The notes under the pieces were generated by a model. That model was given only the letters and a program-made list of their open reading frames with translations, ran no database searches and was not told the origin of the DNA. This document shows positions 8,880 through 17,518 of a stretch of 64,000 nucleotides of DNA, one piece after another (the stretch's first letter is position 1; every line of letters starts with the position of its first letter). The DNA is from Minisyncoccota bacterium (lineage in GTDB: Bacteria > Patescibacteriota > Minisyncoccia > Phycocordibacterales > CSBR16-193): assembly GCA_040905715.1 (NCBI GenBank), contig JBBDRA010000003.1, positions 199,075 to 263,074 on the forward strand. Reading direction: 5' to 3'. The translations under genes and the position numbers were made by a program.

Positions 8880-10154
8880 TCAGGACCTCTTTTGTTTTCT
8901 ACGCCATTCTATTGCTAAACGCCTATTACGCTCCCTTTTACATTCGTCACTTTTACATATCTTTTGAGGTTTACCACCTCGTCTTAATGTTGGTGGGTAT
9001 TCATTGCCGCAAATCTCACATCTTGAGATTTCAAGAGGAACAGAGTGCATTGAAAGCATAGGGACTATCGCAGGTGAGGTGATTTTCTTTCCAGTAAGGC
9101 ATTCATAGTAAAAAGCTAAATATTGCACGAGTTCTAGATACCAGTTAGACAATCTGACCGCATTAGCGACTCCGTGTTTTACACCCAGCTTTTTCATTCG
9201 TACTGAATCTTTCTGAGAGATTTTTAAAATAGCGGGGGATTCGTGGGCTTTTATAAGAAGAGGATTCAAAAGGAAAGCCTGATGCAACAATGTTTCTATC
9301 CAATGAGGAATGTGCTCCTCTGTAACATTCGGGTTTTGCTTTTTAATCAAGTCAGCATAATGCTTACCTGTAATGGCTGAATAGTGACTCATAAAATCAT
9401 TCATGAGCTTGCTTCTTATTGGACCATTTCCACGACTTTTCCATATTGTTCTTGCTGCATCTTCAAAAAAACAATCCTGTAAATCTCTAATGTCGAGAAG
9501 TAGAGTTGCTACTTCATCCCAGTGTTTGCTCCCTTGCATTATCGTTTCCTTGTTAAGGTCGAGAAGCTCCTGCCAAGTTGTAAGTATTGCGTTAGAGTTT
9601 TGCTTAGGGTACTCAAGCGTCTTTTCCTTCCATCTTTCTATCTGGACGAGCGAATGTAACTGGTATGTAGCATAGTAGCTGTCACCTTTGTGCTTTGCGA
9701 GGGGCGTTATTAAGTTATTTTCTTCATACCAGCGTAAGTGTTTTTCGGGGATAATGAATCCCCTATGTCTATACAAGCCCCTAAGAGTATCCACGGTATG
9801 TAAGCGTTCAACGACTATTGTGGAGCTTCTGTGTTCGACTCTTTTTTTAAGAGATGTTGGGGTGTAAACAATTCTCTTCTGAATCTCCTTTGCCTCTTTC
9901 TCATTTTTTGTTGGTCTATAGGTTCGTATATTTTCACTAAGAATACCCCACATTTTTAGCCCCAGTTCCCTAGAAGTAGCAGCTTTAACCTCTTCTAGTC
10001 GTGCTGCATGTTCAAGTGATAACTTGTCCAACGTGTCTTTGTTTATAGTGAAATACGGACAATGCGTCTTTGACCTTTTGAAAGAGTTTTCTTGCTCTTT
10101 TACCCACTTATTATAAGAAGCGATAATCGCTCTTTTGGTTCTTTTTTCTGCCAT
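8880..10154 (-). CDS. hypothetical protein with C-terminal zinc ribbon
   Basis: 424 aa; C-terminal CEICGNEY...CKSDEC; basic termini. Confidence 0.6.
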   Translation of the reverse strand: MAEKRTKRAIIASYNKWVKEQENSFKRSKTHCPYFTINKDTLDKLSLEHAARLEEVKAATSRELGLKMWGILSENIRTYRPTKNEKEAKEIQKRIVYTPTSLKKRVEHRSSTIVVERLHTVDTLRGLYRHRGFIIPEKHLRWYEENNLITPLAKHKGDSYYATYQLHSLVQIERWKEKTLEYPKQNSNAILTTWQELLDLNKETIMQGSKHWDEVATLLLDIRDLQDCFFEDAARTIWKSRGNGPIRSKLMNDFMSHYSAITGKHYADLIKKQNPNVTEEHIPHWIETLLHQAFLLNPLLIKAHESPAILKISQKDSVRMKKLGVKHGVANAVRLSNWYLELVQYLAFYYECLTGKKITSPAIVPMLSMHSVPLEISRCEICGNEYPPTLRRGGKPQKICKSDECKRERNRRLAIEWRRKQKRS

Positions 10155-10292
10155 AGTAATTGTAATATGGTTCCCATACTAGCATCTTTATATACTTTCG
10201 AAATCTTGAAGTGTATGGTTTAATAAACCTACACAACTGAATATTGTTACGACCTAACCCTTAGGAATTGCTCTTGAGGCATGGTCCAAAAA

Positions 10293-10338
10293 CGCTACGA
10301 ACATAGAAAACCCGTCATCAGGGCGTTCGTAGCGTTGC
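10293..10338. promoter_or_regulatory. 12-bp inverted repeat in the divergent intergenic region of the island
   Basis: aacgctacgaac ...22 nt... gttcgtagcgtt. Confidence 0.35.
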
Positions 10339-10434
10339 CAGGGGAAACTCTGGTAGAGGTAACCGAAAGGTGCCTTCCTGGTGGCGGGCTTTGTGTATCT
10401 GCCGCCAGGCGTTACTAACTATTACTATTTTCGT

Positions 10435-11112
10435 ATGGAAGAACAAAATAAAAAATGGTATCAGAAGCCAGTTGGCATAATTGCTTTATTGGTCCTATTT
10501 TTTCCTGTAGGACTTTATTTAATGTGGAAGTACGCTGAGTGGGATAGGAATGTAAAGTGGGTTGTTACGGGGGGTGTTTTAGTGGTTATTATGATTGGTA
10601 CTGTCGCAGGTGAAGTAGACGAACAATCAACCTTGTCAGAGGGAGAAAACCAGGAAGAAAATAAATCGGTTGATGAATCTAACCTCACAACAGAAGAAAA
10701 AGTAACGCGGGCGGCTGAGGAAATCGTAGGTAATCACGACAGTGTCGAGGTAATGGTGTCTGAAGGAGATGCGTTTCTTATATTTGAGGAAGAAACTTTT
10801 TATACCATCGAATCGGCTGTTAGAGACACATATGAGTATTTTGTGAAATGGGGAGAGGAAGCACTTGCCTATGATGAAATCGGTTTTGTTTCTGTTGAGG
10901 CAAAAACGCAATTTACTGATGAAAAAGGTAGAACATCTATGGGCACAATTATTCGTGTCCAGATGAATGAAGAAAACTTTAATGAATTTGAGTGGAAGAA
11001 TCTTGATTTTAGACCTATTCACAATCAGATAGACGAGTACGGGACGTTGTTTGTCCATCCACAGGTCTGGAGAGAGGTAGACATGAACGAAGATGCATAC
11101 CTATCTTTGTAA
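10435..11112 (+). CDS. membrane-anchored hypothetical protein
   Basis: ATG at 10435 (the listed 10381 start is GTG); one N-terminal TM segment, acidic linker. Confidence 0.55.
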   Translation: MEEQNKKWYQKPVGIIALLVLFFPVGLYLMWKYAEWDRNVKWVVTGGVLVVIMIGTVAGEVDEQSTLSEGENQEENKSVDESNLTTEEKVTRAAEEIVGNHDSVEVMVSEGDAFLIFEEETFYTIESAVRDTYEYFVKWGEEALAYDEIGFVSVEAKTQFTDEKGRTSMGTIIRVQMNEENFNEFEWKNLDFRPIHNQIDEYGTLFVHPQVWREVDMNEDAYLSL

Positions 11113-11142
11113 AAAAGCAAATAGCTCTAGATATAGCTAGTT

Positions 11143-12324
11143 ATGAAAAATCTACTTAAAAAATATTGGGCACTGCCAAAGATATATCAATTTTGTATCG
11201 CTGCCGTGGTATTCGTGTGCCTTTTCTTGGTTTTACCCAATGTTATTGCGTATATTTTTGCCGCTGCCGTTTCTTACGATTTGATTGATAAGAAGGTTTG
11301 GAAATATAGTGCAGTATCATTTCTTGCAGTTGTTGCTTTTTCTTCGGGCGTTCTGTGGATTGACGGGAAAACAGATTCACAACCAGTTGAAAGTAGTAGT
11401 GTTACTCAATCTGTAGACAGTGCAGAGCATAGCGAATCTAACCAAAAAGCAAAAACTACAAACGAAAGTGCTACTACAAGCCAAAATAATGTAGCGGAAG
11501 TAGAAGCGAGCCAAGGAGAAAGTAGTCAGCAGGATAATGGAGATGAAGCAGAAACTGATATTACGGGTCAAGAAGAAAATAATGAACAGGATGACAAAGA
11601 CGAGGACTCACAAATTGAAACTGAATCCAATCAAGTTAATGAAGGAAATGACGAAATCAGTCAAGATTCTCTAGCTGAAAATGATAGTGTCGATGAACCA
11701 TACGAAGTTGTCGATGTCGTTGATGGGGACACGGTAAAGCTGAGTATTGATGATGAAGTGGAAACTATTCGTCTGATTGGTATCGATACACCCGAGACTG
11801 TGCATCCGTCTGAGCCAGTTGAGTGTTTTGGGAAGGAAGCGTCAAACAAGGCAAAGGAGCTGCTTTCTGGGAAAACAGTTGTGCTAGAGGCGGATGAGTC
11901 ACAAGGGACAAGAGACGCTTACGGTAGATTGCTTGGGTACGTTATTCTGCCTGGCGGCAGGAACTTCAACAAACTGATGATTGAACAAGGGTATGCGTAC
12001 GAATATACGTACTCTACACCGTATAAGTATCAGGACGCATTCAAGACGGCGGAACAAAATGCTCGAACAAGTGAAGTTGGTTTATGGGCTGATGGGGCGT
12101 GTGATGATTGGGAAGAGAAATCCGAACAAGAGGACCAAACGAGCGATAGTACAACGTCAGAAGGTAACTGGTATGTGAGCTCACATCATTCATCGAAGTA
12201 CTACTACTGCGAAGAGAGTGACGGCTGGAAGTCCCTTTCAGAAAGCTACTTAAAGGTCTATGAAAGCGAATCGGCACTGCTTGCTGACTTCCCAAACCAT
12301 ACCTTGCACGAGAGTTGTGAGTAA
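11143..12324 (+). CDS. membrane-anchored thermonuclease (staphylococcal nuclease homolog)
   Basis: motifs DGDTVKL, IRLIGIDTPE, DAYGRLLGYV, EQGYAYEY, GLWA align with S. aureus nuclease A; N-terminal TM; long acidic low-complexity linker. Confidence 0.85.
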   Translation: MKNLLKKYWALPKIYQFCIAAVVFVCLFLVLPNVIAYIFAAAVSYDLIDKKVWKYSAVSFLAVVAFSSGVLWIDGKTDSQPVESSSVTQSVDSAEHSESNQKAKTTNESATTSQNNVAEVEASQGESSQQDNGDEAETDITGQEENNEQDDKDEDSQIETESNQVNEGNDEISQDSLAENDSVDEPYEVVDVVDGDTVKLSIDDEVETIRLIGIDTPETVHPSEPVECFGKEASNKAKELLSGKTVVLEADESQGTRDAYGRLLGYVILPGGRNFNKLMIEQGYAYEYTYSTPYKYQDAFKTAEQNARTSEVGLWADGACDDWEEKSEQEDQTSDSTTSEGNWYVSSHHSSKYYYCEESDGWKSLSESYLKVYESESALLADFPNHTLHESCE

Positions 12325-12367
12325 CATTACCTATTGACAACATCTCACATTGTATTATTTTATCACT

Positions 12368-13060
12368 ATGAAAAGATTTTTAATTCTTACATCTCTCTGC
12401 GTAGCTTTCGTGTTCTCGGCGGTAGTACCTAACGTCGTTTCAGCAGATGTGTGGGTAGATGGGTACTATCGGAGTAACGGCACCTATGTTAATGGACATT
12501 ACCGAAGTAGCCCAGACGGTAACCCTTACAACAACTGGAGTTATCCTGGTAACACCAACCCATATACAGGAGAAACTGCTGACGGAAACGCGAATACTTA
12601 TTTAGATAACTACTACGACAATAGTAGTGGTTATGATAGTTACAACTGGAGTTACGATTCGTATGACTATGATTATGATAGTTATGACTCATATGATTAT
12701 GACTACGACAGCTATGACTCGTATGATTACAGTGATTCTTCGTATGACACTTACGACTACAGTTCTACCTACGACTCAACACCTAACTGCCCAATAAACT
12801 CCTATTACAGCAGTATTGATGATGCGTGCACGTGCTATTCTGGTTACGCTGCGCAAAATGGTTCTTGCGTGAGAGCAAGTTCAATTTGCAAAGACGAGTA
12901 TGGTTATAACGCTCGATACAACTCTTTAAGTAACTCGTGTGAATGTAGATATGGTTATATTTTCAGTGGGGGTGAGTGTGTAAGTAAAGACCAAGCCTGT
13001 GAGGACCAATTTGGATACGGGTATGACTATAATTCACTTAGCGGATATTGCGAGAAATAG
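12368..13060 (+). CDS. secreted protein with D/S/Y tandem repeats and a Cys-rich C-terminal region
   Basis: signal peptide MKRFLILTSLCVAFVFSAVVPNVVSA; (DSYDSYDYDY)n; C-terminal repeated C.C..GY...C modules. Confidence 0.6.
   Translation: MKRFLILTSLCVAFVFSAVVPNVVSADVWVDGYYRSNGTYVNGHYRSSPDGNPYNNWSYPGNTNPYTGETADGNANTYLDNYYDNSSGYDSYNWSYDSYDYDYDSYDSYDYDYDSYDSYDYSDSSYDTYDYSSTYDSTPNCPINSYYSSIDDACTCYSGYAAQNGSCVRASSICKDEYGYNARYNSLSNSCECRYGYIFSGGECVSKDQACEDQFGYGYDYNSLSGYCEK
12650..12780 (+). repeat. ~30-nt coding tandem repeat (about 4 copies)
   Basis: gactc(a/g)tatgattatgactacgacagctat units. Confidence 0.6.
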
Positions 13061-13069
13061 CAATTTACT

Positions 13070-13261
13070 ATGCCTAAAACCAACACTTCTACTGACTGTA
13101 AGTATTGTGGGGCTGAAAATAGCTCAATAAACTCTTTCTGTATTAAATGCGGTAGGAAAATTGAAACAGAAGAACTGACAAAATCTTCAGTTACTGGATG
13201 GTCTCTGGGCATCCTTTTGGGTGGAGTGTTTATAGCGTTATCTATAATACTTTATGGCTAA
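13070..13261 (+). CDS. zinc-ribbon membrane protein (paralog 1)
   Basis: N-terminal CKYCG...CIKCG; C-terminal TM helix. Confidence 0.55.
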   Translation: MPKTNTSTDCKYCGAENSSINSFCIKCGRKIETEELTKSSVTGWSLGILLGGVFIALSIILYG

Positions 13262-13263
13262 AT

Positions 13264-13698
13264 ATGAAAATACTTAAGATTATTACAATTATTGCAAATG
13301 TTCTCGCTCTCTTTGTTTTGTTAGTCTTATTAGACGGTGGAGATTTGAGTGGCGGTGGCTTCCTTTTCTTTCTGATTATTTTTGTACTTAACACTATATT
13401 TGTTATTCGCTTTCGAAAAATGAATACGAATAAAGGATGGATTGGTTTATTTTTGGAGCGGAAAGCGATGGAGGAAAAACGAAAAATAAGAGATTTAGAG
13501 GGAGGGTCCGAAAAGCAGGATGATACAGTTAAAGAAAAGCGGGAAGACGAGAAAAGGGAACAAGATTCTGAGCAGGTAGAGCAAGTAGACAGTTCACAGA
13601 GTACTGCGGGCGATGTAAAGTACTGTGGTCAATGTGGGGCTAAATCGGATATTGATGATATGTACTGTGAGCAGTGCGGAACTAAACACGAGATATAA
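13264..13698 (+). CDS. membrane protein with C-terminal zinc ribbon (paralog 2)
   Basis: ATG at 13264; 2 TM segments; CGQCG...CEQCG at the C-terminus. Confidence 0.55.
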   Translation: MKILKIITIIANVLALFVLLVLLDGGDLSGGGFLFFLIIFVLNTIFVIRFRKMNTNKGWIGLFLERKAMEEKRKIRDLEGGSEKQDDTVKEKREDEKREQDSEQVEQVDSSQSTAGDVKYCGQCGAKSDIDDMYCEQCGTKHEI

Positions 13699-13706
13699 AC
13701 ATTACT

Positions 13707-14402
13707 ATGAAATGCAGAGAGTGCGAAAAAGAGGTAAAAGATAGTGCAGTTTTTTGCTCTGATTGCGGATGCAAATTAAGTGGTCCTAAAGAATATAATT
13801 CTCCAGTAAATATCAATTACTATGCAAGTGACTGGAGGCAAACGAATACGTTATCAGTAGCTACTTTGGCTTATGTCGACCTTCTAGTGAAAGAAGATGG
13901 GTTATACATCATACAACTTCCTCGTTATCGTAGCGGTGTAATACTTGCATCCTTAGTCGGTTTATTAATCGCTAATTTTTTTGGTTTTTTGATTGGTTCG
14001 ACAATAGCTCACTCAGTGAATAAAGGTAAGCGTAGAGAGTTAAGGAAGAAATGGTTAAATAAAAATAATCAATTGGCTACCGATAGTTTTAAGGAGTACG
14101 TACTTTTACATATTCCACAATCAAACCTTGATGCTTCTCTTAAACTCAGGAGACGCAAGGTGGTCATTGAGTACGGTGGAAATAAGGTAGTTGCAAAGAA
14201 AAACAAAAAAGAAGTCAACAACTTACAGCGTGCTATAAATGGAGAAAAAGTTCCAATGCCGATTAGAGATGAGCAGCAGGCACAGGAAATACAAGAAGAT
14301 GAAGCAACGAAGAAAAAACAAGCAATTATTGTTTTATCAATTGTTGTAGGATTGTTTGCTTTTTTGTTGGGAGGTATCTTATTAGTAACTCTACTTATTT
14401 AA
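13707..14402 (+). CDS. zinc-ribbon membrane protein (paralog 3)
   Basis: N-terminal CRECEK...CSDCG; TM segments. Confidence 0.6.
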   Translation: MKCRECEKEVKDSAVFCSDCGCKLSGPKEYNSPVNINYYASDWRQTNTLSVATLAYVDLLVKEDGLYIIQLPRYRSGVILASLVGLLIANFFGFLIGSTIAHSVNKGKRRELRKKWLNKNNQLATDSFKEYVLLHIPQSNLDASLKLRRRKVVIEYGGNKVVAKKNKKEVNNLQRAINGEKVPMPIRDEQQAQEIQEDEATKKKQAIIVLSIVVGLFAFLLGGILLVTLLI

Positions 14403-14409
14403 CTAATAT

Positions 14410-15117
14410 ATGAATTGTTCGAACTGTAACAAGGAAATAAAAGAGGGTGCTAACTTCTGCTCTGCTTGTGGTACCGAGGCGGTTAATAATCCTGGTGGTG
14501 CAGTGAAAGTGCTAGGAGAAACAGATGAAAGGTCTCAGCTTGAAAGAAGTAAATATAATAAAGCTCGACTGCTTTGGATTCTTGTTCCGATTGCCTCTAT
14601 GTTCGTCTTAGCTATTCTTTGGGGTATTGTCTCATTTCTTGAGGAGGTTGCTCCGTCTTTAAGAGTTCTAGTGGAATTATTTAATGTTTTTGTTCCAATC
14701 TTTTTTGCTCTTGCTCTGATATTTATTCCAATTGGAATTGTAGTGGCTATTAGAATCACGAACAAAATAAAGAGATTGGGTGTTGAATATGACTCACGCT
14801 CTGGTAAAGGCGATGCGTCTATTGTTCCTGATGAAGTTAAGAAAGGTCTAAACTGGGGTCCAGGACTTGGTATTATATGGGGAGCTTACTTCAACATATG
14901 GAGCTCTCTTCTTGTGCTTATTCCATTAGTTAATCTAATCTGGTTTATCGTTGCTTTGGTTGAAGGAAACGAATGGATGTGGAGGAATAATAAATGGGTT
15001 TCCGTAGAGGAGTTTCAGGATTCACGTAGAAGATGGAATATAGCTGGTGCTACAGTACTGATAATCTCTCTTTCTCCATATCTGCTAGTCATACTGATAG
15101 CCTTAGCATCTGCTTAA
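14410..15117 (+). CDS. zinc-ribbon multi-pass membrane protein (paralog 4)
   Basis: N-terminal CSNCNK...CSACG; at least 5 TM segments. Confidence 0.6.
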   Translation: MNCSNCNKEIKEGANFCSACGTEAVNNPGGAVKVLGETDERSQLERSKYNKARLLWILVPIASMFVLAILWGIVSFLEEVAPSLRVLVELFNVFVPIFFALALIFIPIGIVVAIRITNKIKRLGVEYDSRSGKGDASIVPDEVKKGLNWGPGLGIIWGAYFNIWSSLLVLIPLVNLIWFIVALVEGNEWMWRNNKWVSVEEFQDSRRRWNIAGATVLIISLSPYLLVILIALASA

Positions 15118-15128
15118 TACGTTACCCT

Positions 15129-15296
15129 ATGAAACAGCACACAAAGTATTTTTTATTGTCTGGAACACTGGTCTTTATAGTTATCCAAGCAATAGGTAAC
15201 TATTCAACCTATAGTTTTTTATTGGCAGGTCTATGGCTTGGCTTTTGGGTTGGTGTTGATGTGAAAAATAGATACGAGAACTTCTTAAGTGAGTAA
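15129..15296 (+). CDS. small membrane protein
   Basis: 55-aa hydrophobic ORF starting ATG 15129. Confidence 0.4.
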   Translation: MKQHTKYFLLSGTLVFIVIQAIGNYSTYSFLLAGLWLGFWVGVDVKNRYENFLSE

Positions 15297-15313
15297 TAAA
15301 ATAACTTTTTTAT

Positions 15314-15493
15314 ATGCTAAATGGTTGGGCGATAATAATTGCAGTTGTTGCGGGTTTGTTTGCAGGAGCGATTACTAATGCCTTGCTTCAATTCATATTT
15401 GATTCTAACGAGGATTACTCTGGTAGTGCTTTTTTAGTAGGATGGCTTGTTTTGATGTCGATACTCTTTTTTTGGCGTATTATGTTTCACTAA
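15314..15493 (+). CDS. small membrane protein
   Basis: 59-aa hydrophobic ORF not in the track. Confidence 0.35.
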   Translation: MLNGWAIIIAVVAGLFAGAITNALLQFIFDSNEDYSGSAFLVGWLVLMSILFFWRIMFH

Positions 15494-15612
15494 GTGGCAA
15501 AAAATCTTTTAGGAGTCTTCAACCATCTCATGTGATTCAACCGAGAGCAGAAAACAATGATGAAAGGAGTGGCGGGGTATATAGTATTTTTGTTTTGATG
15601 GTTTGAGCAAAC

Positions 15613-16578
15613 ATGACGGAAAAGAATAGCATAACTAAAAGACAGCACTACGTCCCTCAGTTTTACCTGAAGAGGTTTGTAAACCCTGATGGTAAGCTAA
15701 ACATTCTTGATTGTGAAAGACGTAAAGTCGTTGCTTCAAGAGCACCCAGAAGTGTCTGTAAAGAGGATTACTTCTATGCTCTTAATGGTGAATTGGATGA
15801 AGTCAGCCAGTCTTTGGAGGAAGGGCTTCAGAAGATAGAAACTGATATTGCGAATGGTTATGACGATGTAGCAAAAAGGGTCTCTGATTTCAAAGAGATA
15901 ACGCACGATGATAAAATGCTCGTCGCGACTTTTATGTCCTTGCAGTACTTACGTGGACTTTATATGAGAAAGCAAACGAAAAGAATGGACGAGGACTTTA
16001 TCAAGAAAATCACTAGGCTACGGTATGGCTCTGGCAATATACATACATCGCTTGATAGGCTTGAAAATGAAACTGGAGAAAAACTATCAGAGAAAGAAAG
16101 GGAAGAGTTAATCGAGTTCGCTAAAAGCGGTGATTATAGAGTTGAAACAAATAACGCGTCCCACTTGCAGCTATTATCTCAGATTGAGGGTTTCAGAAAT
16201 CTGTTTTACGGGAAAAGATGGACTGTTTATGTTTCAAAATCCAGTAAGAAGTTCGTTACGTCTGATAATCCTGTGGCTGAAATGTTTCCAGAATGGACCG
16301 GTAGGTTTTTCTACGGACCATCTTTTTTTCAAAGAACTCACTATTTTGCAATGACTCCAGACATACTAATTGTTGCAGGTGATGTTTTGCGTGGTGAGAA
16401 AAGAGTAAAACGAAAAACACTTTTTGATAGCAGGGAGGGAAACGCTAAAATCCTCACGCTGAACTTCACTGTCTCTAGACACGCCATTGCTTATGCGTAT
16501 GCTAACGATAAGACCTTATTACAGGATATCGTGGACGGTGTTAATCTGTACGATAGGCAGCAAAGTAAAAAAGCATAA
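15613..16578 (+). CDS. DUF4238-family protein (candidate anti-phage defense protein)
   Basis: N-terminal HYVPQFYLKRF motif characteristic of DUF4238; 321 aa. Confidence 0.7.
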   Translation: MTEKNSITKRQHYVPQFYLKRFVNPDGKLNILDCERRKVVASRAPRSVCKEDYFYALNGELDEVSQSLEEGLQKIETDIANGYDDVAKRVSDFKEITHDDKMLVATFMSLQYLRGLYMRKQTKRMDEDFIKKITRLRYGSGNIHTSLDRLENETGEKLSEKEREELIEFAKSGDYRVETNNASHLQLLSQIEGFRNLFYGKRWTVYVSKSSKKFVTSDNPVAEMFPEWTGRFFYGPSFFQRTHYFAMTPDILIVAGDVLRGEKRVKRKTLFDSREGNAKILTLNFTVSRHAIAYAYANDKTLLQDIVDGVNLYDRQQSKKA

Positions 16579-16581
16579 AAT

Positions 16582-17079
16582 ATGTCACCAATAGTTCAAA
16601 TTGAGATTACTGCATCTGCTGTAGCTTGGTATGCAGCAATAGTCGCAACTCTGGTAGGAATTGCTCAGATTGTGGCTGTATGGAGGGACAGAAAGCATGT
16701 CAAAATAAAAATAGAGAAAGGAATAAGGATTATGGGTCCCGATGGTCCTGGTCCGTATGAAGAGAATACAGACTACGTTGCTATTCGTATTATTAATGCA
16801 GGGCGTAGAGAAGTTAGCATTCTCACCGCAGGTGCTAGTTTGTTAAAAGGGGGACAGCTTATCCCTACCGATATACTGAAGGCGGGAACGGTAACTCTAG
16901 GTGAAGGAAAACGATACGATGCTTTTGTAAAACAAGAGCAGTTAGATTTTTCTCAAATTGCTTATTTTTACGTAACAGATGCCACGGATTCAACTTATAA
17001 GAAACCAATCGCGAATCCCTTTAGACGTTTATATTGGTTTGTTAGAAGAAATGTTCAGATTTTTACAGGTTGTTTGTAG
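16582..17079 (+). CDS. small membrane-anchored protein, translationally coupled to the DUF4238 gene
   Basis: start 4 nt after the upstream stop; N-terminal TM (AWYAAIVATLVGIAQIVAVW). Confidence 0.55.
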   Translation: MSPIVQIEITASAVAWYAAIVATLVGIAQIVAVWRDRKHVKIKIEKGIRIMGPDGPGPYEENTDYVAIRIINAGRREVSILTAGASLLKGGQLIPTDILKAGTVTLGEGKRYDAFVKQEQLDFSQIAYFYVTDATDSTYKKPIANPFRRLYWFVRRNVQIFTGCL

Positions 17080-17186
17080 AAAAACTCACTCTCTCCTTCA
17101 AGCAAACAGGTTCTAACGTCGTCCATAAGTCCCTGCATCGTGAAATTAAAACCCCGACGAGGGGTTTTAATTTTGCGAAATTCAGA

Positions 17187-17205
17187 GGCGGCGACAGGAC
17201 TTGAA
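17187..17205 (-). repeat. inverted partial copy of the tRNA-Trp T-arm/acceptor region
   Basis: reverse complement ttcaagtcctgtcgccgcc matches the tRNA-Trp 3' region over 16 nt; lies 112 nt left of the right-hand 22-bp direct repeat. Confidence 0.5.
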
Positions 17206-17316
17206 AGACGGAGGCGGTACACAAGACGACCGTAGGGAGTGCTTGTCGCCGAGTCCGGGGAGAAAGCACTTAGTGAATGAAGACCGAAGGGATGAGTGAG
17301 CTTAGTGACTTGACCC

Positions 17317-17338
17317 CAAGTCCTGTCGCCCCTGCAAT
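17317..17338 (+). repeat. right-hand copy of the 22-bp direct repeat (attR-like)
   Basis: identical to 5338-5359. Confidence 0.7.
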
Positions 17339-17414
17339 AGTTGACAAGAAACATACATATGTTATTTCTATATATAGAAGACATATAGCTAGCCGGCCAG
17401 CTAGTATCGTCTTC

Positions 17415-17450
17415 AGGCCAGGTCCTACGGGATCCTGGCCTTTTTATTTT
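17415..17450 (+). terminator. rho-independent terminator
   Basis: aggccagg tcc...gga tcctggcct plus a T-run. Confidence 0.6.
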
Positions 17451-17487
17451 TCCACAACACAGAGTTTGACCTCTGATTAGACCGCTC

Positions 17488-17518
17488 TAAACACTAAACC
17501 CCCGGTCCTTAGTGTTTA
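17488..17518. repeat. palindromic repeat element taaacactaa...ttagtgttta (copy 1)
   Basis: 10-bp arms share sequence with the perfect 32-nt palindrome at 44595-44626. Confidence 0.4.

Larger units (their letters stand above)
5338..17338. mobile_element. integrated genomic island (~12 kb) at the tRNA-Trp 3' end, bounded by a 22-bp perfect direct repeat, with a large serine recombinase
   Basis: caagtcctgtcgcccctgcaat occurs at 5338-5359 (tRNA-Trp 3' end) and again at 17317-17338; the recombinase gene lies next to the tRNA; the cargo genes are largely hypothetical, membrane or secreted. Confidence 0.65.
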
